A DNA stretch of 39,841 nucleotides from Betaproteobacteria bacterium (GCA_016202615.1 JACQOI010000200.1:1-39841), one strand, 5' to 3'; counted from the first letter of the stretch, positions 1-10,070 are shown. Numbers and translations: made by a program. Notes: generated by a model from the letters alone, not told the origin.

Positions 1-908
1 GGTGTACTGCCGACCGGATCTGCTCCATTCGCCACCATGCGATCCCTGACATCGGGAAGCTTGAGACTTCTGGAGATTTCTTCGTAGAGCTTGGCCACGA
101 CTTCCCGCGGTGTGCCAGCCGGCGCCAGCAAGCCATACCATCCGCTGACTTCGTATCCGCGAAATCCGGCTTCCGCAACGGTCGGAACGTCGGGCAAAAG
201 GAGCGAACGCTTGATGCTCGTCACCGCCAACGCCTTCACCTTTCCGCTCCTCACATGAGGCAGCCCGCCAAGCATCGTCGCAATAGATGCGTCCACCTGG
301 CCTGCTATGAGGTCGATTATCGCCGGCGCGGTTCCCTTGTAAGGCACATTCACAGCGTCAAATCCCGCGAGTGTCTTGAGTAGTTCCATCCCCAGATGAC
401 TAGCCGATCCGATGCCCCCTCCGGAAGCGTAGGTAATTCCGCCTTTCTTGGACTTTGCCAACGCGATTAACTCGTTGACCGTTTTCGCCGGCACTGAAGG
501 ATGCACGGCAAGGATATAAGCCCCCGCGGCGATTTGTGTAATAGGCGCAAAGTCCTTTACAAGATGATATGAGAGCTTGCGATACAGGGTCTGGCTGATA
601 GTAAGCTGCGATGTAATCACCAGCAGCGTATAGCCATCCGCCACCGCCTTGGCCGCGATCTCTGCCCCGATAGTTGCGCCTCCACCCGGGCGGTTATCGA
701 TCACTACCGCCCGGGCCCAAGTCTCGGCGAGTTGCTGTCCGATCATTCGCCCGACAGTATCGGCGCCGCCGCCCGGCGTAGCCGCCACAATGATCCGAAT
801 GCTTTTGTTCGGATAGGACTGAGCTGACGCTGCACCCGCGATGGATGCACACAAGACTAACGAGAAAACATTACACAATAGCCGCAGCAAGCGGTTACCT
901 ATCGTCAT
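1..908 (-). CDS. Bug/TctC tripartite tricarboxylate transporter substrate-binding protein (3' end runs off the window)
   Basis: My translation of the minus strand from ATG at 908 gives a signal peptide, then AQSYPNKSIRIIVAATPGGGADT...VVIDNRPGGGATIG; GGAGG RBS upstream. Not in the ORF track. Confidence 0.9.
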   Translation of the reverse strand, partial: MTIGNRLLRLLCNVFSLVLCASIAGAASAQSYPNKSIRIIVAATPGGGADTVGRMIGQQLAETWARAVVIDNRPGGGATIGAEIAAKAVADGYTLLVITSQLTISQTLYRKLSYHLVKDFAPITQIAAGAYILAVHPSVPAKTVNELIALAKSKKGGITYASGGGIGSASHLGMELLKTLAGFDAVNVPYKGTAPAIIDLIAGQVDASIATMLGGLPHVRSGKVKALAVTSIKRSLLLPDVPTVAEAGFRGYEVSGWYGLLAPAGTPREVVAKLYEEISRSLKLPDVRDRMVANGADPVGST

Positions 909-1032
909 TTCCCCTCCTTGATTGACAGCAGCGGCGCCCTTTTCACCGCAAAGCTTGCCTCACTAAATCCGGAACCGGCTCATGGCATGCATTGTTACGC
1001 ACCGCAGTTACAGACAATAGAGGATGGCACTT

Positions 1033-1062
1033 ATACTACGCCCCTCCCGGATCCAGGGTCAA
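1033..1062 (-). promoter_or_regulatory. Candidate sigma70 promoter for the Bug gene at <1..908
   Basis: Minus strand TTGACC-N18-TAGTAT; consensus match only. Confidence 0.35.
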
Positions 1063-1357
1063 GTCCAAGTCTCTTCCGGTGTGAGTCTGAGCGTGGGCCA
1101 CTTGCTGTATTTCCAACGGGGTATGCCCGTGGTCGCCCATCGTTTCTGAACTGCCGGCGGTTTCTTTACTCAAAGCCGGGAATAACCTATAGTAATCTAT
1201 CTTGAGGCTTGGGCGGGAGTGAGCTTCTGCCGAGACTGGCGTGTATACTGGCCGCTACTTTCAGAAGCGCATTGACGTACCGCATGCCGCTTGAGCGCCG
1301 TACGAGCGTTAGCGTTGTGACCAGTGGCGGCATTTTTCAATTAGCAAGGGGTAGAAA

Positions 1358-2485
1358 ATGGCAAACCAAGAAGAAATGACATTGTTTGCGGTTGGGGATG
1401 TGTGTGTCAACCGGGATAATCCCGATTCGATTTTTTCCTTGTGTTCTTCAGCGATAAAGAAGGCCGACATCGCCTTCTGTCAATTGGAAACCATGTACAC
1501 CGAGAGGGGTTCACCTTCGGTTGTGGCGGCCGTTGCCCTGCGTGCGCATCCCAGAAATATTTCTGCGTTTACGTTTGCAGGCTTTGATGTTGCATCTTTG
1601 GCGGGTAATCACGTCATGGATTGGGGCGCCGATGGCCTCGCAGATACCATCGAGCTGCTGGAGCGCAACAATATACGCGCGGTTGGTGCTGGAAAGAATA
1701 TAGCCGAAGCCAGAAAACCCGTAATCATTGAACGAAAAGGGGTTCGGACGGCTTTCCTAGCCTACAATTCCATATTGCTCCATCCGTCATATTGCGCTGA
1801 AGCGGACAAGCCAGGTTGTGCCCCGATAAGAGTCTCTACCGTGTATGAGCCGATTGAATACGGCCAGCCAGGATGCCCCGCTCGAATTCTCACATTCGCC
1901 GATAGAAATGATTTGGAGGCGATGAAAAATGATATAGTGAATGCGAAGAGGTCGGCTGATCTGGTTGTACTTTCCATTCACTGGGGCTTGCATTTTACGC
2001 CTGCTGTTTTAGCTACGTACCAGAGGGAAGTGGGGTATGCAGCCGTCGATGCTGGGGCAGACCTAATAATCGGTACTCACGCCCATATTCTAAAAGGGAT
2101 AGAAGTTTATAAGGGCAAGGTAATTACCTATAGCTTGGGCAATTTTGCATTTGACCTGAGTTTGACTGCTGAGCATTTTGAAACGCCAAAACGCAAGGAG
2201 CTTCTCAAATTCTATCCAAATCGCAAGTTTTTTGAAGATTACCCCTCTTATCCGTTCCCAATCGATTCAAGAAAAACTATTCTTCTTAAATGCTTTATAT
2301 CCAAGAAAGGGGTTCAGAGGGTTTCTCTCCTACCCGTTTTCATTAACAACCAGGGGCAGCCTGAAATCTTGACTCGTAAAGATAAGAAAAGCCTTGAAGT
2401 GTTCGATTACATGAACGATCTTTGCAAGGAATTTGGCACAAAATTATCGTTCCAGGGCGATGAAGTTTTGATCCATACCGATTAG
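1358..2485 (+). CDS. CapA/PGA_cap family metallophosphatase-fold protein
   Basis: Motifs VGD, QLE, SLAGNHVMDWG, SIHWG, GADLIIGTHAH, YSLGNF; visibly more AT-rich than its neighbours. Confidence 0.9.
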   Translation: MANQEEMTLFAVGDVCVNRDNPDSIFSLCSSAIKKADIAFCQLETMYTERGSPSVVAAVALRAHPRNISAFTFAGFDVASLAGNHVMDWGADGLADTIELLERNNIRAVGAGKNIAEARKPVIIERKGVRTAFLAYNSILLHPSYCAEADKPGCAPIRVSTVYEPIEYGQPGCPARILTFADRNDLEAMKNDIVNAKRSADLVVLSIHWGLHFTPAVLATYQREVGYAAVDAGADLIIGTHAHILKGIEVYKGKVITYSLGNFAFDLSLTAEHFETPKRKELLKFYPNRKFFEDYPSYPFPIDSRKTILLKCFISKKGVQRVSLLPVFINNQGQPEILTRKDKKSLEVFDYMNDLCKEFGTKLSFQGDEVLIHTD

Positions 2486-2605
2486 AGCTGGCTCTGTTGC
2501 AAGGACGGGCAGCCCGTGTACGGTTTGCGCTGAATTGCTATTATGCGATGTTTCTGCCGCTCCGATACCTGACGCTTGACTCTCAACTTCTAACCCGAAG
2601 CACAT

Positions 2606-2710
2606 ATGGCTGACGCGACGCAAAAGAACTTGAAGCTCGCATTCATCGGGTTAGGGGTCATGGGCTGCCCGATGGCGGGACATCCGGCGAAACGGCTGAC
2701 TGAAAAATGA
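2606..2710 (+). pseudogene. 34-codon remnant of a 3-hydroxyisobutyrate dehydrogenase / 2-hydroxy-3-oxopropionate reductase family gene
   Basis: Translates MADATQKNLKLAFIGLGVMGCPMAGHPAKRLTEK*: the family Rossmann start FIGLGxMGxPMA, then an immediate stop with ATGA overlap to the NUDIX gene. Confidence 0.8.
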
Positions 2711-3525
2711 TGAGCAACATAGTGCCGATTCCCGCTGCGACGGTGACGCTGGTGCGCGACACCGACGCCGGGCTCGAGGTGCTGATGGTGCAGCGCAGCC
2801 TCAAGTCGGGCTTCGTGCCGGGCGCTCACGTATTCCCCGGCGGTGCGCTCGATGACGAGGACTATTTGCCCGCGATACATGCGCTGTGCGCCGGCATCAC
2901 CGATGATCAGGCCAGCCGCGCGCTCGGCATCGCACACGGCGGGCTTGCCTATTGGGCGGCGGGGATTCGCGAGTCGTTCGAAGAGGCCGGGCTGTTGGTC
3001 GCATACGATGCACGCGGACGCATCGTCGCGCTCGACGAGCCGGACGTGGCCAATCGTTTCCGCCAGCATCGCCACGCATTGAATGCCGGCGCCCGTAGCC
3101 TGCTTGACATATTGCACGAGCAAAAGCTCACGCTTGCCGCCGACCAGCTCGTCTATTTCAGTCACTGGATCACGCCAGTATCGGGGGTGCGCCGCTATGA
3201 CACGCGATTTTTTGTCGCTGCGGCGCCGCCGAAACAGGCGCCGCTGCACGACAACCATGAGACGATCAGCCACGTCTGGGTGCGGCCGGCCGCTGCGCTC
3301 GACCGTCACCGGAAGAAGGATTTCAAGATTCGCTTTCCGACGATGCGCACGCTCGAAGATCTCGCCGCATATGCCTCGGTCGATGCGCTGATGAAAGCCA
3401 TGCGCGCCAAGCGCAACATCCCCGCGATCCTGCCGCGCATCAGCAAGGACGGGCGGCGCCTGCTGCCGGGCGACGCCGGCTACGAGCAAGCAGTCGGCGT
3501 CGGAGCGACCGGCAAATGGCGGTGA
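2707..3525 (+). CDS. NUDIX hydrolase (NUDT19-like)
   Basis: PAATV..RD, VFPGG, split Nudix box AGIRESFEEAG, HWITP...RRYDTRFF. Confidence 0.88.
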   Translation: MMSNIVPIPAATVTLVRDTDAGLEVLMVQRSLKSGFVPGAHVFPGGALDDEDYLPAIHALCAGITDDQASRALGIAHGGLAYWAAGIRESFEEAGLLVAYDARGRIVALDEPDVANRFRQHRHALNAGARSLLDILHEQKLTLAADQLVYFSHWITPVSGVRRYDTRFFVAAAPPKQAPLHDNHETISHVWVRPAAALDRHRKKDFKIRFPTMRTLEDLAAYASVDALMKAMRAKRNIPAILPRISKDGRRLLPGDAGYEQAVGVGATGKWR

Positions 3526-4349
3526 TTGTTCCCGGCGAGGTGGTGCGGCTCTCGGCGCTGGTGCGCCGCGTGACTGCGCCCAATCCGGGCATGATGACCG
3601 GACCGGGCACCAATACCTACATCGTAGGCAGCGAGCGGCTCGCGTTGATCGACCCCGGTCCCGAAAGCGAAGCGCACCTCGCCGCGATGCTTGGGACAGT
3701 CGGCGACCGGCTGCGCTGGATCCTGTGCACTCATACCCATCGCGATCATTCGCCCGGCGCGCGTGCGCTGAAAATGGCGACCGGCGCCGAAGTGATCGGC
3801 ATGCGAGCGCCGGCAGGCGGCAGGCAGGATACGCAGTTTGCGCCCGATCGCGTGTTCGGACACGGCGACCGGCTCGATTGCGGGGATTTCACGCTGCGCG
3901 CGGTGCATACCCCGGGCCACGCGTCGAACCATTTGTGCTATCTGCTCGACCGCGAGCGCCTGCTGTTTACCGGGGACCACATCATGCAGGGCTCGACGGT
4001 GGTGATCTCGCCGCCCGACGGCGACATGGTTGCGTACCTCAAATCGCTCGAAGCGTTGCTCGCGCTGGACATCGCGCGCATCGCTCCGGGTCACGGTTAC
4101 CCGATCGACCAGCCGCACGACGAAGCACGGCGATTGATTGCGCATCGTTTGGGGCGCGAGCAAAAAGTGCTCGATGCATTCGCCGTGAATAATCCAGCGA
4201 CGCTCGATGAGCTGCTGCCCGTGGTTTACGCGGACACGCCGCAGCGGCTGCACCAGGTAGCGCGCCGTTCACTGCACGCGCATCTGCTCAAGCTCGAGAG
4301 CGACGGCAGGGTGTGGCAGCAGGGGGAGCGCTGGAAATTACGCATCTGA
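3516..4349 (+). CDS. MBL-fold metallo-hydrolase (LACTB2-like, C-terminal winged helix)
   Basis: APNPGMMTGPGTNTY, THTHRDH, TPGH, FTGDH, PGHG. Confidence 0.9.
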   Translation: MAVIVPGEVVRLSALVRRVTAPNPGMMTGPGTNTYIVGSERLALIDPGPESEAHLAAMLGTVGDRLRWILCTHTHRDHSPGARALKMATGAEVIGMRAPAGGRQDTQFAPDRVFGHGDRLDCGDFTLRAVHTPGHASNHLCYLLDRERLLFTGDHIMQGSTVVISPPDGDMVAYLKSLEALLALDIARIAPGHGYPIDQPHDEARRLIAHRLGREQKVLDAFAVNNPATLDELLPVVYADTPQRLHQVARRSLHAHLLKLESDGRVWQQGERWKLRI

Positions 4350-4369
4350 TCGCGTTATTTGGCAACCGG

Positions 4370-5443
4370 CTAATACGCCGAATAAAGAGCGGTGAGATTG
4401 CCGCCGAGTGTCGGGTACGCCACGGGCCTTGCGCGCACGATCTGTTCTTTCCATTCCGGCGGCAATCCGGCATCCGGGAAGCGCTTGAGATAAGGCTCGG
4501 CCCACGCCAGCACCCCGCCACGCGGAGGCTCGTCCTGCTTTGCCTGCGCCGCGCGCTCGAAATACGACGGGTCCATCATTCCGCTCACGGTGCGCGCGAC
4601 GAGACGGTGCAACGCGCGATCGGACTCCGCGTACAGCGGCGTGTCGTTCGCCGCGCCGATTTCCGCGATCAAAACGAGCGGCGCGAGCGCGAAATTGTGA
4701 TAATGCACCGCCCGTGTGCGCCGCGCCATTTCCAGCGGCAGCGTGCCTGCCGGCGTCATATGCGTGAGCGCCTCGCGATACACGCCGACACCCCAGTCGA
4801 ACAGTGCGCGGTCGTTGGCCGCCACACCCGCCGCGGCCACCGCCAGCCCGGCCCAGTAGAAATGATTGTTGCGTGTGCGTCTTGGGTCGTCGAAATACGG
4901 CCGCACCGCGTGCGCCAGCTTGTGTAACCACGCCTCGACGCGCTGCTTGCCCGCCGCATCGAGCGCGGTGCTGTCGCGGATTTTGAGGTAATTGAGCGCG
5001 AGCCCGGCAAGGGTCCAATTGCGGTGGTAGTCGGCCTGGCTGCTCGACATGCTTCCGAGCATCGCCCCGCCCTGCGCCCACGCATCCAGCCATCCGAGTG
5101 CGCACGCCGCCACCGCCTCCGCTCCGGAACGCGTATACAGATCGGTCATGCGGCTGAAACTGCGTAGATAATCTTCGAGCGGCTTCACCGCGAACTTGTT
5201 CCGGCGCTCGAGCGCGGGATCGATGACGGAGCTGGCGGCGTCGCTGTAGTAGCGATTGGCGGTGATGTCCCGCACCGCGGGCGGCGCGGGCAGGCACACG
5301 AAACTCATTGCCGCGGCTGGCGCCGCGGGCTGGACCTGCGGGAACGGACTGCGCAGCGTGCTGGCTTCCACGGCGCCGGCGGGTCCCACAGCGAGCAGCA
5401 GCACGGCAGCGGACAGCCCTCTCGTTACAAGGGGTTGTGGCAC
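4370..5443 (-). CDS. Secreted alginate lyase, PL5/AlgL-like
   Basis: Signal peptide; NNHFYWAG (compare AlgL NNHSYW), GTLPLEMAR, YHNFAL. Confidence 0.8.
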   Translation of the reverse strand: MPQPLVTRGLSAAVLLLAVGPAGAVEASTLRSPFPQVQPAAPAAAMSFVCLPAPPAVRDITANRYYSDAASSVIDPALERRNKFAVKPLEDYLRSFSRMTDLYTRSGAEAVAACALGWLDAWAQGGAMLGSMSSSQADYHRNWTLAGLALNYLKIRDSTALDAAGKQRVEAWLHKLAHAVRPYFDDPRRTRNNHFYWAGLAVAAAGVAANDRALFDWGVGVYREALTHMTPAGTLPLEMARRTRAVHYHNFALAPLVLIAEIGAANDTPLYAESDRALHRLVARTVSGMMDPSYFERAAQAKQDEPPRGGVLAWAEPYLKRFPDAGLPPEWKEQIVRARPVAYPTLGGNLTALYSAY

Positions 5444-5484
5444 GCGCTCAGCTCAAAACAGGAACTTGGATCAGATTGTATCGT

Positions 5485-6474
5485 TCACTGTATTGCTTTG
5501 ACCTTCGCTTCCTTCACTACCTTGGTCCATTTCGCGACGTCGCGCTTGACCACGGCCTGGAACACCTCGGGCGGGCTGTCGGCGATATCGAAGCCTTCGG
5601 AAGCGAGCCGTTGCTTCATGTCCGGCAGCTTGGTGGCTTTGCGGATTTCCGCGTTCCAGCGCGCGACGATGTCATTCGGCAGGCCTTTGGGTCCCAACAC
5701 CCCGTACCACAACACTACCTCATAGCCGGGTACGCCGGCTTCGGCGACGGTTGGAAGGTCGGGCAGCGCGGCCGAACGCTGGCTGGTAGTGACCGCGATG
5801 GCGCGCAAGCGGTTGCCGCGCACGAGCGGGATCGTCGACGGGGCACTGCCGAAAATCAACTGGATCTGGCCGCCGAGCAGGTCAGTCAGCGCCGGGCCGG
5901 TGCCTTTGTACGGCACGTGCGTCATTTTGGTCGCCGCCATCATGTCGAACAGCTCGCCGGAGAGGTGGGCGATGCCGCCGGTGCCCGATGATCCGTAGTT
6001 GAGCGCGCCGGGTTTGGACTTGGCGAATGCCAGCAGCTCATTGATGCTTTTTATTGGAACTCCCGGATGCAGCGCTACCAGGAACGCCGTATCGCCGATG
6101 AGGCCCATCGGCAATATGTCGTTCACCGGGTCGTAAGGCAACTTGAACATCGCCGCATTCGTAGCGTAACTGCCCGACATGATGATCACCGTGTAGCCGT
6201 CGGGCGTGGCGCGCACTGCAGTCTCAGCGCCGATCGTGCCGCCGCCGCCCGCGCGGTTGTCCACGATCACCGTCTGCTTGAATGCTTCCGTCAATTTCTG
6301 CGCCAGCAGGCGCGCGACGATATCAGTGCCGCCGCCGGGCGCGAACGGCACGATCAGCCGGATCGGCTTAGTCGGGTATTCCTTGGCTTTTTTTTGCGCA
6401 AATGCGTCGTCAGCAGCGAGGCCTGCGGCGAGCAACGCTGCGCCGATGGTTGCGAAGCGGGTGAGGTTATGCAT
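5485..6474 (-). CDS. Bug/TctC substrate-binding protein
   Basis: YPTKPIRLIVPFAPGGGTD, DNRAGGGG, HVPYKG; start placed at ATG 6474 behind GGAGG. Confidence 0.93.
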   Translation of the reverse strand: MHNLTRFATIGAALLAAGLAADDAFAQKKAKEYPTKPIRLIVPFAPGGGTDIVARLLAQKLTEAFKQTVIVDNRAGGGGTIGAETAVRATPDGYTVIIMSGSYATNAAMFKLPYDPVNDILPMGLIGDTAFLVALHPGVPIKSINELLAFAKSKPGALNYGSSGTGGIAHLSGELFDMMAATKMTHVPYKGTGPALTDLLGGQIQLIFGSAPSTIPLVRGNRLRAIAVTTSQRSAALPDLPTVAEAGVPGYEVVLWYGVLGPKGLPNDIVARWNAEIRKATKLPDMKQRLASEGFDIADSPPEVFQAVVKRDVAKWTKVVKEAKVKAIQ

Positions 6475-6547
6475 GACTTCCTCCGGAGTGAATGTTTCTC
6501 GATTCGGCAAAACGGCAAAAATAATTAGCCACAGAGATCACCGCCAC

Positions 6548-6600
6548 GTAGGGTGCGCCTGCGCACCACGGCGCAAACTGGTGCGCAAGGCGCACCCTAC
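6548..6600. repeat. Inverted doublet of GTAG-type REP sequences (REPIN-like)
   Basis: GTAGGGTGCGCCTGCGCACC (6548-6567) and its inverted copy GGTGCGCAAGGCGCACCCTAC (6580-6600); each unit is GTAG plus an internal palindrome; intergenic. Confidence 0.8.
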
Positions 6601-6651
6601 CGGCATGGTTCTGCGCTCGCATGCAGCGGGGTTAGCGAAGTGCCATGGGAG

Positions 6652-8049
6652 TTACGCGGCGCTGCGTTTCGATTGCGGATTGACCAGCAGCCCGAGAAAC
6701 TTGCGCACCGAATGCTGCTCGATGGCGAACGCGGCGGCGGCAATCGCATCGGCATCGAGTTGCGGATTGATGCCGCGGAATTTTTCGGTGATGCCGCGGG
6801 CGTCGATCGGTGCGTGGATCGAGCCGGTCGGGTTCATGATGTCGACGCGCACCCAGTCGCCGTTGTGCTCGACGGCGACCCAGCCGGCGAAATCCTTCGG
6901 ATACAGCTTGTCGAGCTCGGGGTCGGGCACGAGCTCGATCTTGCGGGCAAGCGCCGTGATGACGGGATCCGAGAGCTTGGCATCGGTGAACTGCGCCGGC
7001 AGCACCTGGCCGTCGATCAGCGCCGCCGCGACCGTATAGCGCAGGCTCATTTGCGCGTTGAGCGCCGAGCTCGGCGTGTAATCGAAGCCGCATTGCACAT
7101 CCACCACTTTGCAGGTGCCGACGCGCACGCGCCGCCTGGTATCCCACGGCGCGCCCAGTTTCTTGCGCAACGCGAGCGCGGCGTCGACATAGGAGTGCGT
7201 GCTGCCGCAGCACGCATAGGGCTTGATCGAGGTCTGGTCGAGGTGATACACCGCGCCGAGGTCCCTGGTGAGCGGCGCCGGATCGGAGGCGTCGGAAAAC
7301 GCTTTCAGCACGCCGCCGTCCTCGTATTCGTAGATCTGCGTCGGTCCGGTGAAGCCCGACTGCGCGAGTTCGGCGGCGAGCACGCCCGAATGCGCCGCTT
7401 TGCCGGCGTGCAGCCGCTTGCTCATGGTGCCGTCGGCGTTGAACGCCCACAATCCCGCGCCCTGCGTGCCGGCGAGTCCGAGCGTCCACGCCGTCTGCTC
7501 GGTATTGAGTTTCATCAACGACGCGCAGGCGGCGGCGGCACCGAACGGGCCGGTGACGCCGGTGAGATGCCAGCCGCGCAGCCGTGCGGCGGACGGATTC
7601 AGTGCGAGGCTCGAACGGATCATGACTTCGTAGCCGGCGGCAATCGCTGTAACAAGGTCGCTGCCGCTGCTGCCCAGCTTCTCGGCGACCGCAATCGCAG
7701 CGGGTATCACCACCGTGCCCGCGTGTATCTTGGCATTGTGATAATCGTCGAGTTCGAACGCATGCGACGCAGTCGCGTTGACGAGCGCGGCATCGGCGCA
7801 GCGCAGGGACAGCTGCGCTTCGCCCCATACGTGCGCTTCGCCGGCACCGGCAGCGCCGCGTCTCGCCCATGCGAGCAGCATCTGCGCCCATGGTGTGCAA
7901 TAACCGTAGACGCCGGCGCCGACCGTGTCGAGGATCGCGATGCGCACCACCTCGCGCGTGCGCTGCGGCAGATCGTCATAAGAGAGGCCCGCGATCCAGT
8001 TGGCGAGTTCGCGGGTAGGTGCGGCGACTGCGTGGCGGTCGAAATTCAT
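6652..8049 (-). CDS. MmgE/PrpD family protein
   Basis: AALVNATASHAFELDDYH, IHAG, GYEV, RGWHLTG, KRLHAGKAA, KPYACC. Confidence 0.92.
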   Translation of the reverse strand: MNFDRHAVAAPTRELANWIAGLSYDDLPQRTREVVRIAILDTVGAGVYGYCTPWAQMLLAWARRGAAGAGEAHVWGEAQLSLRCADAALVNATASHAFELDDYHNAKIHAGTVVIPAAIAVAEKLGSSGSDLVTAIAAGYEVMIRSSLALNPSAARLRGWHLTGVTGPFGAAAACASLMKLNTEQTAWTLGLAGTQGAGLWAFNADGTMSKRLHAGKAAHSGVLAAELAQSGFTGPTQIYEYEDGGVLKAFSDASDPAPLTRDLGAVYHLDQTSIKPYACCGSTHSYVDAALALRKKLGAPWDTRRRVRVGTCKVVDVQCGFDYTPSSALNAQMSLRYTVAAALIDGQVLPAQFTDAKLSDPVITALARKIELVPDPELDKLYPKDFAGWVAVEHNGDWVRVDIMNPTGSIHAPIDARGITEKFRGINPQLDADAIAAAAFAIEQHSVRKFLGLLVNPQSKRSAA

Positions 8050-8283
8050 GGTACGGTTCTCCTCGGAACGAGAGCGTGGTGCGACCGTGTAATTGTAATT
8101 GCCATCGCCCGGCGCAGGCTCGGTCGGATATTGTAAATTGATGCCAACGGAATGTCATTTCGTGCGCTGCGCGCTACTCCCAGGCTTGACACTTGCGCGC
8201 GCTCGACCGCAAGCTAATCCAAATTCACTTTTTGGCCTCGCTGCCTTGATGCAACCAGGTATTTTGGCCACAGTCACCTCGCA

Positions 8284-9060
8284 ATGAATGTGCTGGTTCT
8301 GGTTTCCGGTACCGCCGACCCCAAATGGCCACTGCCGCCCCGGCTCGATGCGGAGGCGCTGGAGGCGCACGCGCGGCGATGCGCGGTGCTCAGCCCTTTC
8401 GACGAAGCGGCGCTGGAACTCGCCCTGAAGCTGCGCGACGCCGATCTTTCGGTGCATATCACGGCGGTGGTGGCGGCCGATGAGGGGCTTGCGCGACAGG
8501 CGGCGAACCTGAGGCTCGACGCGGTCTACCGTTTCGATGAGCGGCGCCTGGGGCCATGGAGTGCCCGGGCGTTTGCAATGGCGCTTGCCGCGGCGCTCGG
8601 GCAGCTGGATCGCAGCGCCGACCTGGTGCTTGCCGGGCGCGAGTTCGGGGACCTCGATGACGGGTCCGTGCCCCCCTTGCTGGCACGGGCGATGGGACTG
8701 CCCTGCGTGAGTCTGGCCCTTTCGGTGGCCGCCGATGCCGACGGCCTGTGGGTGACGCGACAGCGGGGCCCCTTCATGGAACGACAGCGACTGGCCGGGC
8801 CGACCCTGCTGGCGGTCACCAACGACACCCACAACCGCCTGCGCCATCCGCTGCTGAAGAACGTCATGGCGGCCAGGAAGCTTCGGTTCGCGCCGTTGGC
8901 GGCTGCGATAGCCGACGGCGAGCAGCCGATTTCCCTCGGCGCCGTCCAGGCATACACTCCCGCGCCGCGTGAAGGGGCCTGCCGCATGCTGACTGGCGCT
9001 CCGGCCGAGCAGGCGGAAGCGCTGGCACAAGTCCTGGCCGGATTCGGGGGCCCGCAGTGA
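8284..9060 (+). CDS. etfB: Electron transfer flavoprotein beta subunit (divergent)
   Basis: LSPFDEAALELALKL, DLVLAGRE..DLDDG, RLRHP; translationally coupled to etfA. Confidence 0.8.
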   Translation: MNVLVLVSGTADPKWPLPPRLDAEALEAHARRCAVLSPFDEAALELALKLRDADLSVHITAVVAADEGLARQAANLRLDAVYRFDERRLGPWSARAFAMALAAALGQLDRSADLVLAGREFGDLDDGSVPPLLARAMGLPCVSLALSVAADADGLWVTRQRGPFMERQRLAGPTLLAVTNDTHNRLRHPLLKNVMAARKLRFAPLAAAIADGEQPISLGAVQAYTPAPREGACRMLTGAPAEQAEALAQVLAGFGGPQ

Positions 9061-10070
9061 AGATTGACGCACTGCGCATCGTCGTCCTGCTCCCGTTCGA
9101 ACCGGCGGAAAAACGCGATCACAACGCGCTTGTCGCCAGTGTCTGCGAACTGCACGCTGCGGTGCCCGGCAGCGCGCTGCACATCGTGCAGCTTGCACCG
9201 GCGACCGGGCTGGTCGAAGCGCGTGCGCCGGCATCCTGCGACGGCGCGATATGGTGGAACGCTGTGTGTCCGTCCCTGGCTGCCGATGCGCCTGCCGGGA
9301 CACTCGCGCGGTTGTTCCGTGAGGCTCTGGCCGCGCAGGTAACGGGTGATGCGCAGCGGCGCCTCGTGCTGCTTCCCCGCGGGGCCGCCGGCGAGGAATT
9401 GGCGGCCACGCTGGCCTGGGACTTCAATGGCGAATCGCTCGGCCGCTGCCAGCGTATCCGGGTCGAGCCCGAGTCCTTCGTCGGGCAGCGGGCGGCTTTC
9501 GGAGGCCGGGTGCTGATTGATCTGCGCACGCAAGCCCGATGTTGCTTCGCGACCCTGCAGCAACAGGGGAGCGTCTCCCCCGTGCCGCAGCCTTTACCGC
9601 AAGCCAGCGTTCGAACCATCGAGTTGCTGACCCGGTTGGAGCCGGACCATGATACCCAGAGGCTGGAAAGCCGGGATGCGATGCCCAGGCTCGAAGGCGC
9701 TTCGGTCGTTGTCGGCGGCGGGCGCGGCGTGCAGGGGGTGGAAGGCTTCGAGTGGCTGGCGCGCGTCGCGGCGAGCCTGGATGGAGCCTTGGGTGGCAGC
9801 CTGCCGACGGTCGATGCGGGATGGATTCCGGTGTCACGGCAGATCGGTCAGTCGGGCAAGTTCGTGGCGCCGCGTCTTTATTTCGCCGTCGGCATTTCCG
9901 GCACCCTGCAGCACCTGGCGGGGGTGTCGGCCGACACGACCATCGTGGCGTTGAACAGCGATCCCGAGGCGCCGATCTTCAGCGTGGCCAAAGTGGGTGT
10001 GGTTGGCGACTGGCGCGATATCCTGCCACTGCTGGCTGAAAGACTCGAAGAGCGCCGCCGGCGCGGCTGA
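9057..10070 (+). CDS. etfA: Electron transfer flavoprotein alpha subunit
   Basis: VVVGGGRG, VDAGW, QIGQSGK.VAP.LY.AVGISG..QHLAG, NSDPEAPIF. Confidence 0.9.
   Translation: MKIDALRIVVLLPFEPAEKRDHNALVASVCELHAAVPGSALHIVQLAPATGLVEARAPASCDGAIWWNAVCPSLAADAPAGTLARLFREALAAQVTGDAQRRLVLLPRGAAGEELAATLAWDFNGESLGRCQRIRVEPESFVGQRAAFGGRVLIDLRTQARCCFATLQQQGSVSPVPQPLPQASVRTIELLTRLEPDHDTQRLESRDAMPRLEGASVVVGGGRGVQGVEGFEWLARVAASLDGALGGSLPTVDAGWIPVSRQIGQSGKFVAPRLYFAVGISGTLQHLAGVSADTTIVALNSDPEAPIFSVAKVGVVGDWRDILPLLAERLEERRRRG

Noticed and set aside
918-1205. 95-aa ORF between the Bug and capA genes
   Set aside because: No recognisable motif or RBS; it lies in a divergent promoter region.
6553-8136. Long alternative-frame ORFs (this one, 36481..38151, 32474..33607 and others)
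   Set aside because: They overlap motif-bearing genes and are typical high-GC shadow frames.
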